64,000 nucleotides of DNA, from NCBI GenBank assembly GCA_036758425.1, contig DAIOWP010000001.1, positions 513-64,512 of the forward strand. Reading direction: 5' to 3'. The DNA is from Acholeplasmataceae bacterium (GTDB lineage: Bacteria; Bacillota_I; Bacilli_A; Acholeplasmatales; Acholeplasmataceae). Both the position numbers and the translations under genes were made by a program. Shown one piece after another: positions 54,298 to 63,050 of the stretch (position 1 is the first letter of the stretch; every line of letters begins with the position of its first letter). The notes under the pieces were generated by a model that saw nothing but the letters and a program-made list of their open reading frames with translations, did not search any database and was not told the DNA's origin.

Positions 54298-54663
54298 ATG
54301 AACAAGAGATATCGCATAAAGAAGAATAGCGAAATCGATGCGATCTTTAAACAGAAGGTTGTCAAAGGTGACAGTTATTTTGCTATTTATCAGGCTGACG
54401 ATCCAACAAGCGATCACTTTCGTTTTGCACTATCGATTGGTAAACGCTATGGTCATGCTGTATCGCGTAACCTCGCTAAACGTCGCATACGAATGATTAT
54501 CAGTGAGTTCAAAGACAACATTAAAAAACAAAAAGAAATTGTTGTTGTCATCAAACCCACGGTCTCTCAGTTGAGTTATCAGGACATGAAAACCAAATTA
54601 ACCGTTCTATTTAAAAAATCTAAACTCATGGAGAACGAAAACAATGAAACGAATCATCTTTAG
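54298..54663 (+). CDS. rnpA: Ribonuclease P protein component
   Basis: 121 aa, basic, with the RNR-like motif VSRNLAKRRIR. It is in the rpmH-rnpA-yidC order. Confidence 0.92.
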   Translation: MNKRYRIKKNSEIDAIFKQKVVKGDSYFAIYQADDPTSDHFRFALSIGKRYGHAVSRNLAKRRIRMIISEFKDNIKKQKEIVVVIKPTVSQLSYQDMKTKLTVLFKKSKLMENENNETNHL

Positions 54664-56056
54664 TTTGATGATGGTGGTATTAGTCTTCAGTTTAGCTGCC
54701 TGTGGTGGTGGAGCAGACCCTGTTGAAGTTGTGGTCTCTAACAACCCAGTTGGTGAAACAGGTGTATGGGAAAAACTCGTTTTTGATCATACCGAAGCTA
54801 ACAGCATCGTCTTTAAAGGGGAAAATGGACTATCTTATTGGAGTCTATCCCAAAAAGGTGTCGGTACACTCGTCGAATATGATGGTGCTCTTCCGACTAA
54901 TGTACAAACAAACGCTGATGGTGTGAGAACCTATACCTACACCGTCTCAGATATTGAAACGTCCTTTCAGTTATATGTAAAGCCTGAAACGATTGTTGGT
55001 GATCCCGATGATATCGTGATGGTCGCCTTCCGTTATGTAAAGGACAACGTCCTTTATCAAATTGGTGAAACCTTTGATCCAACCGGTATGCTCATCTATG
55101 TGGTGAGAAGAGATGGTGATGTCACTGAACTTAAGGGTGAAGATGTCAAAGCTTCATTTGATGATCATGACTACTCTCCACTCGATGAAGATGGATTCAA
55201 AAATCAACATCAATATAACGTGACGTTCACGTATGAAGATTTCAGTCAAGACATCAATGTTTATGTATCAGGTGGTGAACGCCCCATCTCAAACAAGGAT
55301 GCAACCTTCTTTGACTGGATCTTAGTCATTCCTGTTGCATTTATCATGAATTTCTTTGCAGGATTATTTGGAAACAACTTTGCTGTCGGTATTTTACTCA
55401 CCACGATCGTGGTTCGTACACTTGCTTGGCCGATTTATGCGAAGAGCAACGACATGTCCATCAAGATGAACCTTGCACAACCCGATATGGCACGCGTCCA
55501 ATCCAAATATGCAACCAGAAAAGACCCACAATCACAACAGATGATGCAAATGGAAATGATGCAGGTTTACAAAAAGCACGGCATCAACGTCTTTGGATGT
55601 CTTATGCCTTTCCTTCAAATGCCTATCTTCATCGCGATGTATGGTGTCGTTAGACGTATTACGCTTGCCGGTGGTATGTATACAGAAGGTGTCATCAATA
55701 CCAACTTCTTAGGTATCAATCTAGCAAACGGTAACGATGGTATTATCGGTATGGTACTTGCAGGTTTAGTTGGTGGAACGATGTTCTTGTTACAACAGAT
55801 TTCAATGAAGAAACCCGCGTACGCGAAGAATACGGGTCGTCAAAACTTAAATCCACAAGCTCAACAAACCGAAAAGACAATGAAATATGTCAGCTACTTC
55901 ATGGTCATCATGATGGCATTCGCTTCATATTCATCAAATGCGCTTGCACTTTACTGGATTTTCGGTAACATCTACTCCTTAGGTCAAACACTCGTGAATC
56001 GTAAGCTGAACGAAAAGAAACACGAAACATTAAGACAAAAACAAATATTGGGGTGA
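54644..56056 (+). CDS. yidC: Membrane protein insertase YidC/SpoIIIJ-type lipoprotein with an extra ~200-aa N-terminal extracellular domain
   Basis: The lipobox is FSLAAC. The YidC core spans residues ~240-470 (WPIYAKS..., GCLPFLQMPIF, LALYWIFGNIYSLGQ). It overlaps rnpA by 20 nt. Confidence 0.88.
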   Translation: MKRIIFSLMMVVLVFSLAACGGGADPVEVVVSNNPVGETGVWEKLVFDHTEANSIVFKGENGLSYWSLSQKGVGTLVEYDGALPTNVQTNADGVRTYTYTVSDIETSFQLYVKPETIVGDPDDIVMVAFRYVKDNVLYQIGETFDPTGMLIYVVRRDGDVTELKGEDVKASFDDHDYSPLDEDGFKNQHQYNVTFTYEDFSQDINVYVSGGERPISNKDATFFDWILVIPVAFIMNFFAGLFGNNFAVGILLTTIVVRTLAWPIYAKSNDMSIKMNLAQPDMARVQSKYATRKDPQSQQMMQMEMMQVYKKHGINVFGCLMPFLQMPIFIAMYGVVRRITLAGGMYTEGVINTNFLGINLANGNDGIIGMVLAGLVGGTMFLLQQISMKKPAYAKNTGRQNLNPQAQQTEKTMKYVSYFMVIMMAFASYSSNALALYWIFGNIYSLGQTLVNRKLNEKKHETLRQKQILG

Positions 56057-56060
56057 AGAT

Positions 56061-56684
56061 ATGAACTTAAAACGTGTCGAATTTGAAGCTAAATCCTTGC
56101 AGGAAGCTGAAAAAATGGCTGTAGAACAGCTAAAATTGCAGAAAGATAAGATCAAACTCACCGTCTTAAAAGAAAAGAAGGGTTTACTCGGTTTTGGAAC
56201 CTCAGCCTTCTATGAAGCCACACCAAACATTAATTTAGCAACAGAAGGTAAGGTTTACCTTGAAAACATCTTAAAGACGATGGGCATTAAGACTCGCATG
56301 GAAGTCAGAACATTAAGCGAAGGTGAAGAAATTCATTATCATATCGAAAGTGATGAAAACGCACTTTTGATTGGCCGTGAAGGACGCACATTACTCGCTC
56401 TTCAATTCATGCTCAGAAATTACTTAAATCTTTTTGTTGATGATCATTTGATTGTTGCTCTTGATATTGGTAATTATCATGAAAACAGAAAGAAGCAACT
56501 TGAAATCCTTGCAACCAAGACCGCCAAAGAAGTTGCTCAAACACGAATTGCCGTTAAATTAGATCCTATGAATGCCTTTGACCGCCGGATCATTCACACC
56601 AAGCTTGCTGAATGGCGTGATGTGACGACCGAATCTGAAGGTGAAGGCGAACAACGCGCACTCGTGATTAAACCTAAAAAATAA
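56061..56684 (+). CDS. jag: KH/R3H RNA-binding protein Jag (KhpB)
   Basis: 207 aa with a Jag N-domain, a KH domain (IGREGRTL) and an R3H domain (FDRRIIHTKL). It lies downstream of yidC. Confidence 0.9.
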   Translation: MNLKRVEFEAKSLQEAEKMAVEQLKLQKDKIKLTVLKEKKGLLGFGTSAFYEATPNINLATEGKVYLENILKTMGIKTRMEVRTLSEGEEIHYHIESDENALLIGREGRTLLALQFMLRNYLNLFVDDHLIVALDIGNYHENRKKQLEILATKTAKEVAQTRIAVKLDPMNAFDRRIIHTKLAEWRDVTTESEGEGEQRALVIKPKK

Positions 56685-56690
56685 TGAATC

Positions 56691-56722
56691 AAATGCCGAG
56701 ATTTCGGCATTTTTCATTTTTT
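56691..56722 (+). terminator. Rho-independent terminator after jag
   Basis: AAATGCCGA-gatt-TCGGCATTT followed by TTCATTTTTT. Confidence 0.8.
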
Positions 56723-56759
56723 GAAGATGATAGAGCCGTGATATAATAAACTCAAGCAG

Positions 56760-57725
56760 GTGATGGTTTTGAAGTTGATGTTTGCAGCAAAGATCAAAAG
56801 TAGAAAAAGACGGAGAATCACAGTAGGCAAAGTTCTCAAAACATTGCTCATCCTCATTTTAATGGGGATGGTTTATTCATTGGGGATTGCAGTAGCTGAA
56901 AACATTCAAGTTGATCGCGCAATCGAAGATTTTAAGGATAGAAGTACGTTTGTTGAAGAAGTTACGATTGAATATAGCTTAGGGAACTATCAGACGAGAA
57001 GATACTATGAGGTTTCACGTGAAACATCATATGAATTAGAGGATACACGAAGTGTATTTTATAACGACACGAGAAAATTTCTTGGCCAAAAGGGAGATAT
57101 TTTTGTTTCTCAAGACTCACCCTTTCCTTTTACAGCATGGGCTCATCTTTTTATCAGTTATTATTTTGGAGGGCACGCTGCAATCAATAATGGAAATAAT
57201 CGATTTATCGAAGCTGTTGGATTCCCACAAGGTGATGAAACGATATTAGACTTTATCTTACATCCAGGAAATGAACCCCATAATTTCAGTGCAACCGTCA
57301 GCAATTCCTATACGAATTACTGGCTCAATCCAGTTTATCGCACAGAAAGTGATCCTGAATATCCTTATTATGGCACACGTTATCGCAATGAATTTATCGG
57401 TCTTCGTGTCAAAAATATCACCTCTGAACAGATCGATGGTGCTGTGAATTACGCACAAGATAAGGTTGATAAGAATCTCTACAATTTCTTATTTTTCCTT
57501 GATATGGAATACAAATTTTATTGTACTGATCTCGTCAGCCGTGCATACCAAAGTGTCATGGTCGACGAAAATAGACAAAAGAACTACTCACGTGCACTTA
57601 ATGATGATCGGTTCATCACATCCGTGAACGATTTAATCCTTTCAGATGAAACATACATGATTTTCTATGTTGAATATATCGATGACGTTTGGCACATTTA
57701 TTATTTAGAAGATGTGGAGGGGTAA
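56760..57725 (+). CDS. Membrane-anchored protein with a permuted papain-like (YiiX/C92-like) His...Cys arrangement
   Basis: 321 aa with an N-terminal TM helix (LLILILMGMVYSLGIAVA), GGHAAINNG upstream of FYCTDLVSRAY. The start is uncertain (GTG 56760, ATG 56763 or ATG 56778). Confidence 0.45.
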   Translation: MMVLKLMFAAKIKSRKRRRITVGKVLKTLLILILMGMVYSLGIAVAENIQVDRAIEDFKDRSTFVEEVTIEYSLGNYQTRRYYEVSRETSYELEDTRSVFYNDTRKFLGQKGDIFVSQDSPFPFTAWAHLFISYYFGGHAAINNGNNRFIEAVGFPQGDETILDFILHPGNEPHNFSATVSNSYTNYWLNPVYRTESDPEYPYYGTRYRNEFIGLRVKNITSEQIDGAVNYAQDKVDKNLYNFLFFLDMEYKFYCTDLVSRAYQSVMVDENRQKNYSRALNDDRFITSVNDLILSDETYMIFYVEYIDDVWHIYYLEDVEG

Positions 57726-57727
57726 AC

Positions 57728-58888
57728 ATGTTGGACTATTTCATTCTTGGTGGAATGGCTATTCTCATTGGATTGGTCGTTGTTTTAATCATCAAACTCA
57801 ATAAAAACAAACCACTACCGCCTGATTTAACCGGTTTTTTGTCTTCACAAGCTGATCTTAAAGTTCATCTTCAAAAGGAGTATGCAGAATTTCGTTATCA
57901 GTTATCACAAATGATCCATGAATCGGGTAAAACATCACTCAAAGATTTAACAGAGTTTAAAGAAACGATGATTCGTCAAATAGAGCTTAAGTTTAAAGAT
58001 ATCAATGAAAAAGTTGATCTAAGACTCGGTGAAGGCTTCGATAAAACGAATAAGACGTTTACCGATGTCGTTGAACGGTTGACAAAAATTGATGAAGCTC
58101 AAAAGAAGATTGAATCACTCTCTAACGAAGTTGTTTCCTTAAACGACTTACTAAAAGGTCAAAAAACGAGAGGAATCTTCGGAGAAGTTCAACTTTATCA
58201 ACTGCTTTCAGCTGTTTTAGGTGACAACACAGAACTCTATGAGAAACAAAAGACACTCTCCAATAAATCGATTGCAGATGCTGTGATTTATGCACCAGAA
58301 CCCATCGGTATGGTGGCTATTGACTCGAAGTTCCCTCTTGAGAATTACAAACGTATGACCGATCGAAACCTAGGTGAAGCTGATCGTCTTCAAGCAACGA
58401 AAGACTTTAAGAAAGATGTCAAAAAGCACATTGATGACATCAAAAACAAATACATTATCTTTAATGAAACTGGCGATCAAGCATTTATGTTTGTTCCTGC
58501 AGAAGCCATTTTTGCTGAAATATCTGCGTATCACGAAGAGTTAATTGAGTATGCAGCCAAAAACAAAGTATGGCTTGTATCTCCGACGACACTGATCTCA
58601 ACACTATCGATGATCCAAATGGTGGTTCGTAACCTTGAACGCGATAAACAAGCGAAAGTGATCGTTGAAGAACTTAAAAAACTAGGCGAAGAATTCAAAC
58701 GTTATGTTGAACGCTGGGATAAACTTAAAAAATCGATTGAAACGGTCTCTAAAACTGCAGACAGTGTCCACACGACAAGTACGAAAATCTCAAAGAAATT
58801 TCAACATATATCAGAAGCTAAATTTATTGAACTTGATGATGAAGAAGACGAAGAATTACTCGAAACAGATGAAGCCCAATCCGATTGA
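57728..58888 (+). CDS. rmuC: DNA recombination protein RmuC
   Basis: It has an N-terminal TM helix, a long coiled coil and a C-terminal RmuC nuclease-like domain (ADAVIYAP...AIDSKFPLE...MFVPAEAIF). The ATG at 57728 is preceded by GGAGGGG. Confidence 0.85.
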   Translation: MLDYFILGGMAILIGLVVVLIIKLNKNKPLPPDLTGFLSSQADLKVHLQKEYAEFRYQLSQMIHESGKTSLKDLTEFKETMIRQIELKFKDINEKVDLRLGEGFDKTNKTFTDVVERLTKIDEAQKKIESLSNEVVSLNDLLKGQKTRGIFGEVQLYQLLSAVLGDNTELYEKQKTLSNKSIADAVIYAPEPIGMVAIDSKFPLENYKRMTDRNLGEADRLQATKDFKKDVKKHIDDIKNKYIIFNETGDQAFMFVPAEAIFAEISAYHEELIEYAAKNKVWLVSPTTLISTLSMIQMVVRNLERDKQAKVIVEELKKLGEEFKRYVERWDKLKKSIETVSKTADSVHTTSTKISKKFQHISEAKFIELDDEEDEELLETDEAQSD

Positions 58889-58913
58889 CAAATCGCATAA
58901 TGAAGGGTATAAT
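58885..58913 (+). promoter_or_regulatory. Consensus sigma-A promoter of the asnS T-box leader
   Basis: TTGACA (58885-58890, overlapping the rmuC TGA stop), a 17-nt spacer, then TATAAT (58908-58913). Confidence 0.75.
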
Positions 58914-58919
58914 AATCTA

Positions 58920-59152
58920 GAAATCGATGAAAAGAGAGTAACGCTCATCCGCTTCGCATAGCGAGTCGGGAACTGGTGAAAGCCCGAACGAATGGTGACG
59001 TGAAAAACACTTGGAGAGATGGAAGAAATTCTTTATAAAGAATAGTAGAACCATCCGCGACCCGCGTTAAAGGTTTTGAGGGCTAGAATATTTTTCTAGA
59101 ACTAAGGTGGTACCGCGTTATTTGACGTCCTTAGACAACTAAGGGCGTTTTT
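58920..59152 (+). promoter_or_regulatory. T-box riboswitch leader, probably Asn-specific
   Basis: Stem I has AGAGAGTAA and CTGGTGAAAG elements. The candidate specifier is AAC at 59006-59008 followed by A. The T-box sequence AACTAAGGTGGTACCGCG lies at 59100-59117. The terminator CGTCCTTAG-acaa-CTAAGGGCG plus T5 lies at 59126-59152. Confidence 0.85.
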
Positions 59153-59171
59153 ATATTGAAGGAGGATATCC

Positions 59172-60563
59172 ATGGAAACAACAGTTAAACAGATTTACAG
59201 AGAAACCGAGACATTACTTGGAAAAACACTTGAAATCTACGGTTGGATTCGCAATCACCGTGCTCAAAAAGAGTTTGGTTTTATCAATTTCCACGATGGA
59301 ACATTTTTTGAAACGCTTCAAGTCGTGTATGAAGAACAAAAGATCGATAACTTCAAAGACGTTCAAAAATTTAGAGTGGGTAGCGCCATCATGGTCAAAG
59401 GTGAACTCATCTTAACCCCTGATGCGAAACAACCTTTTGAAGTCAAAGCACTTCATATCGAACTTTTAGGCGATTCACCTGAAGATTATCCCATTCAACC
59501 CAAGCGTCATACGCGTGAATTTTTAAGAGAGGTTGCGCATCTACGTGCGAGAACCAACCTTTTCCACGCTGTTTTTAGAATTCGTTCGGTTGCTGCGATG
59601 GGTATTCATGAATTCTTTCAATCCAAAGGCTTTATTTACACGCATACACCGATCATTACAGGAAACGATGGTGAAGGTGCAGGTCAAATGTTTAGCGTCA
59701 CCACACTTCCACTAGAAAACATCCCGTTAAACGAAGAAAAGAAAGTGGATTTTAAGAAGGATTTCTTTGGTAAACGTGCAAACTTAACCGTCACCGGACA
59801 ACTTGAAGCTGAAACATTTGCACTCGCTTTCAAAAACGTCTACACCTTTGGACCTACATTTAGAGCTGAAAACTCAAACACCCTACGTCACGCATCTGAA
59901 TTTTGGATGATTGAACCCGAAATGGCGTTTGCTGATCTTGAAAAGAACATGCAAGTTGTGGAAGATATGGTGAAATTCTTAATACGCTATGTCTTTGAAA
60001 AGTGTCCTGAAGAAATGGTCTTCTTTGATAAGTTCGTTGAACCCGGTTTAACGGATCGTCTTCTTAATGTGTTAAATAGTCCATTTGCACGCGTTAAGCA
60101 TAAAGAGGCTATCGATATTTTACTTGCAAGTGGTGTTAAATTTGAGAATACGCCACGCCATGGTCAAGATATCAACACAGAGCATGAGAAGTATTTAACG
60201 GAGAAACACTTCAAGTCACCCGTCTTTGTGATTGACTGGCCAAAAGATATCAAAGCATTTTATATGCGCATGAATGATGATGGGCAAACGGTTGCTGCAA
60301 TGGATTTACTCGTTCCAGGTTCAGGAGAACTTGTTGGTGGTTCGCAAAGAGAAGAAAGACTTGATTATTTGATCAAACGCATGGATGAACTTCATATACC
60401 AAAAGATGATCTTGAATGGTATCTCGATCTACGTCGCTATGGCGGATGTGTACACTCGGGATTCGGTATGGGATTTGAACGGCTGATCATGTATCTGACA
60501 GGTGTCGAAAATATCCGTGATGTTATTCCATTTCCACGCACACCCAAAAACTGTGAATTTTAA
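59172..60563 (+). CDS. asnS: Asparaginyl-tRNA synthetase
   Basis: 463 aa, class IIb. It has an OB anticodon-binding domain (GWIRNHRAQKEFGFINFHDG) and motifs 2 and 3 (FRAENSNTLRHASEFWMIEPE, GGCVHSGFGMGFERL). Confidence 0.95.
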   Translation: METTVKQIYRETETLLGKTLEIYGWIRNHRAQKEFGFINFHDGTFFETLQVVYEEQKIDNFKDVQKFRVGSAIMVKGELILTPDAKQPFEVKALHIELLGDSPEDYPIQPKRHTREFLREVAHLRARTNLFHAVFRIRSVAAMGIHEFFQSKGFIYTHTPIITGNDGEGAGQMFSVTTLPLENIPLNEEKKVDFKKDFFGKRANLTVTGQLEAETFALAFKNVYTFGPTFRAENSNTLRHASEFWMIEPEMAFADLEKNMQVVEDMVKFLIRYVFEKCPEEMVFFDKFVEPGLTDRLLNVLNSPFARVKHKEAIDILLASGVKFENTPRHGQDINTEHEKYLTEKHFKSPVFVIDWPKDIKAFYMRMNDDGQTVAAMDLLVPGSGELVGGSQREERLDYLIKRMDELHIPKDDLEWYLDLRRYGGCVHSGFGMGFERLIMYLTGVENIRDVIPFPRTPKNCEF

Positions 60564-60588
60564 GAGGTCGCAAGACCTCTTTCTTTTT
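60563..60588 (+). terminator. Rho-independent terminator after asnS
   Basis: AGAGGTC-gcaa-GACCTCT followed by TTCTTTTT. Confidence 0.85.
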
Positions 60589-60651
60589 ATATAAAAGAAA
60601 GAAAAAATCTCTTCTTCTTCATCTTTATTTCATAAAATCGGGCATCTTTGA

Positions 60652-60680
60652 TTGACAAACCATTGTCCTCATACTATAAT
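60652..60680 (+). promoter_or_regulatory. Consensus sigma-A promoter, 287 nt upstream of the ABC transporter ATG
   Basis: TTGACA (60652-60657), a 17-nt spacer, then TATAAT (60675-60680). Confidence 0.7.
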
Positions 60681-60691
60681 GTAATTACCCC

Positions 60692-60705
60692 TAAAAGCGC
60701 TTTCA
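60692..60705. promoter_or_regulatory. Candidate catabolite-responsive element (cre, the CcpA site)
   Basis: TAAAAGCGCTTTCA (reverse TGAAAGCGCTTTTA) matches TGWAANCGNTNWCA with one mismatch in either orientation. It begins 12 nt after the -10 hexamer. Confidence 0.6.
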
Positions 60706-60760
60706 GAAAAGTCGTTTGAAAAAAAGGCGTAAATTTGGAGAATTGAACCACAAGTTTTCA

Positions 60761-60789
60761 TTGTAATTTCAAGGTTATTATTATATAAT
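60761..60789 (+). promoter_or_regulatory. Possible second promoter inside the leader
   Basis: TTGTAA (60761-60766), a 17-nt spacer, then TATAAT (60784-60789). Confidence 0.4.
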
Positions 60790-60813
60790 ACTTGTGTTGA
60801 GGTGAAGAGTTGA

Positions 60814-60891
60814 ATGTATCCAAATCTAACCGAAATTCGAACACTTTTTTTGGAAACGACCACCATCGTTTTTTTCATATTCAAGACATAA
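60814..60891 (+). CDS. Candidate 25-aa small ORF (MYPNLTEIRTLFLETTTIVFFIFKT) in the ABC transporter leader
   Basis: The ATG at 60814 lies 7 nt after GAGGTGA. The ORF spans a hairpin plus T-run. Coding status is unproven. Confidence 0.3.
   Translation: MYPNLTEIRTLFLETTTIVFFIFKT
60852..60875 (+). terminator. Weak terminator/attenuator hairpin inside the leader
   Basis: AAACGA-ccacca-TCGTTT followed by T-run to 60875. The stem is short and AT-rich. Confidence 0.35.
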
Positions 60892-60966
60892 GTGCTTTTG
60901 GGATACCAAGAGTACTTTTATTTTATAAAAAGTAAAAACAAGACAACTAAAGGAGTTTAGGATCAC

Positions 60967-62016
60967 ATGGAGATCAGATTAGAGAATTTATCGAAAATAT
61001 TTGTCGATAAGACCGGTAAAGAAACACGCGCTGTGGACCAAATGGATTTGGTCATTCCCTCAGGAAAGCTCGTCGGATTGCTTGGACCATCGGGTTGTGG
61101 TAAAACAACAACCTTATTTATGATTGCAGGATTACACAAACCTACAGCAGGTAAGATTTTCTTTGGTGATGAAGATGTAACCAAGCTATCATCAGACAAG
61201 AGAGGAATTGGGCTCGTTTTCCAAAACTATGCACTCTATCCCCATATGACTGTTCGTCAAAACATCATGTTTCCTCTTGAAAATCTCAAGATTGAGCGTG
61301 AAGAAGCAGTTGCTCGCGTCATCGAAATGGCGAAACTTGTCGGTATTGAAGATCAGCTCGACAAAAAGCCTGGTCAACTCTCAGGGGGACAACAACAACG
61401 TGTTGCGATTGCACGTGCTCTTGTTAAAAAGCCCAAAGTACTTCTCTTAGATGAACCCCTATCCAACTTAGATGCACGCTTGCGTCTTCAAACAAGAGAA
61501 GAAATTAAGCGTATTCAAAAAGAAACAGGTATTACGACTGTATTCGTAACCCACGACCAAGAAGAAGCGATGAGTATTTCTGATGAAATCGTCGTCATGA
61601 ATTTTGGTGTCACCCAACAAAAAGATGTTCCACAAAAGGTTTATACAAATCCCCATAACCTGTTTGTTGCTAAATTCTTAGGAAACCCACCTATTAACGT
61701 GGTTCGTGGCGAAGTCAAAGAAAACAAACTTTACATCAATGGCGTTCTATTCGGTGATAAGAAAGCTCCTGATGGAAATTATGAAGTTGGTCTAAGACCT
61801 GAAGACTTCAGAATTGATAAAGTCGGTTTAAAAGTTGAACATCCAGAAGTTGAAATTATTGGACGTGATACCATGATTCGCTTTAACATTGGTGACACAC
61901 AAATCCGTGCCCTCGTTGACTCTGAATCTTATAATGAATCCAATGAGATCATTTTGACTGTTCGCAGTAACAAGATCCATCTCTTCAATCTCGAAAGTGG
62001 TGACGTCGTACGATGA
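60967..62016 (+). CDS. ABC transporter ATP-binding protein, MalK/MsmX/UgpC type
   Basis: 349 aa with Walker [10 protein letters not shown], the signature [15 protein letters not shown], Walker [12 protein letters not shown] and a C-terminal TOBE-like regulatory domain. Confidence 0.92.
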   Translation: MEIRLENLSKIFVDKTGKETRAVDQMDLVIPSGKLVGLLGPSGCGKTTTLFMIAGLHKPTAGKIFFGDEDVTKLSSDKRGIGLVFQNYALYPHMTVRQNIMFPLENLKIEREEAVARVIEMAKLVGIEDQLDKKPGQLSGGQQQRVAIARALVKKPKVLLLDEPLSNLDARLRLQTREEIKRIQKETGITTVFVTHDQEEAMSISDEIVVMNFGVTQQKDVPQKVYTNPHNLFVAKFLGNPPINVVRGEVKENKLYINGVLFGDKKAPDGNYEVGLRPEDFRIDKVGLKVEHPEVEIIGRDTMIRFNIGDTQIRALVDSESYNESNEIILTVRSNKIHLFNLESGDVVR

Positions 62017-63038
62017 AAAACACACTCTTAAACTGGGTGTGGAGCGTACGTAATGTCTTTCAACGATTAAAAGAGAAGCTCCACCTCAATTTCAATCTTC
62101 CAACCTGGGTGAAAGCTTTAATTTATCTTTCACCAGCACTGTTATTGTTATCACTCTTTACATTCTATCCCATTCTGAACGCGTTCCGTTTAGTCGTTTA
62201 TACGGGCTATCAATTGATCAGAGATGTGGATGGTGTATTAAGAGAAAGTATTACCGGATATACATTATTTGGTAACTTTGCGAAAGTATTATCGGCAGAT
62301 AACTTCATTTTGCCATCGTCACACACGACATCCAGTATCTTATTAAATACGTTGGCTATTGTTTTTATCTCAGTTCCAATCTCGATTTTACTCAGTTTAT
62401 TTGTTGCAGCTACCTTAAACTCAATTAAGCCTTTAAAGAGTTTCTTCCAAACGATTTACTTCCTTCCCTATATCACCAATACGCTTGCAATCGGTCTTGT
62501 CTTCGCTTATATGTTCAAAAGCGGAGAAACCGGAATCGTTAACCAGTTCTTTATGCTCTTCGGAGTAGAACCCGTATCATGGATTGAACGTGGAGCAACC
62601 TACTGGCGAGCAATGACCGTACTTATTGCCTTTGGGGTTTGGGATGGTATGGCCTTTAAGATCATGGTCTTCATGAGTGGTATGCAAGGTATTGACCAAC
62701 AATACTATCAAGCAGCCTTAATTGATGCGACACCCAAACGTCGTATCTTCACACGAATCACTGTTCCCATGATTTCACCGATGATCTTCTATATCGTTGT
62801 CACCTCAGTCATTGGCGCATTTAAGACCTATTCGAGCGTTGTTGCCATCTTTGGAGACACAGCAACACCTGATGGTGCGAACTATAACTTAAAGACCATC
62901 GTCTTCCACATTTATGACTATATCTATAGTGGTGAAGACCTCTCCTTAGCTGCAGCAGCTTCGATTATTTTGTTCGCGATTATTCTTGCACTCACACTCG
63001 TTCAAATGTATGTGGGCAAGAAACGCGTTCACTACTAG
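62013..63038 (+). CDS. Carbohydrate-type ABC transporter permease (MalF/UgpA-like)
   Basis: 341 aa, polytopic, with an EAA-loop-like segment (QQYYQAALIDATPKRRIFTRITVP). It overlaps the ATPase stop by 4 nt. Confidence 0.85.
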   Translation: MKNTLLNWVWSVRNVFQRLKEKLHLNFNLPTWVKALIYLSPALLLLSLFTFYPILNAFRLVVYTGYQLIRDVDGVLRESITGYTLFGNFAKVLSADNFILPSSHTTSSILLNTLAIVFISVPISILLSLFVAATLNSIKPLKSFFQTIYFLPYITNTLAIGLVFAYMFKSGETGIVNQFFMLFGVEPVSWIERGATYWRAMTVLIAFGVWDGMAFKIMVFMSGMQGIDQQYYQAALIDATPKRRIFTRITVPMISPMIFYIVVTSVIGAFKTYSSVVAIFGDTATPDGANYNLKTIVFHIYDYIYSGEDLSLAAAASIILFAIILALTLVQMYVGKKRVHY

Positions 63039-63050
63039 GAGGATGACGAC

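Noticed and set aside
60669-60884. Track ORF 60669-60884(-) in the ABC transporter leader
   Set aside because: It has no SD. It is antisense to two plus-strand promoters and the cre site, and its sequence is low-complexity.
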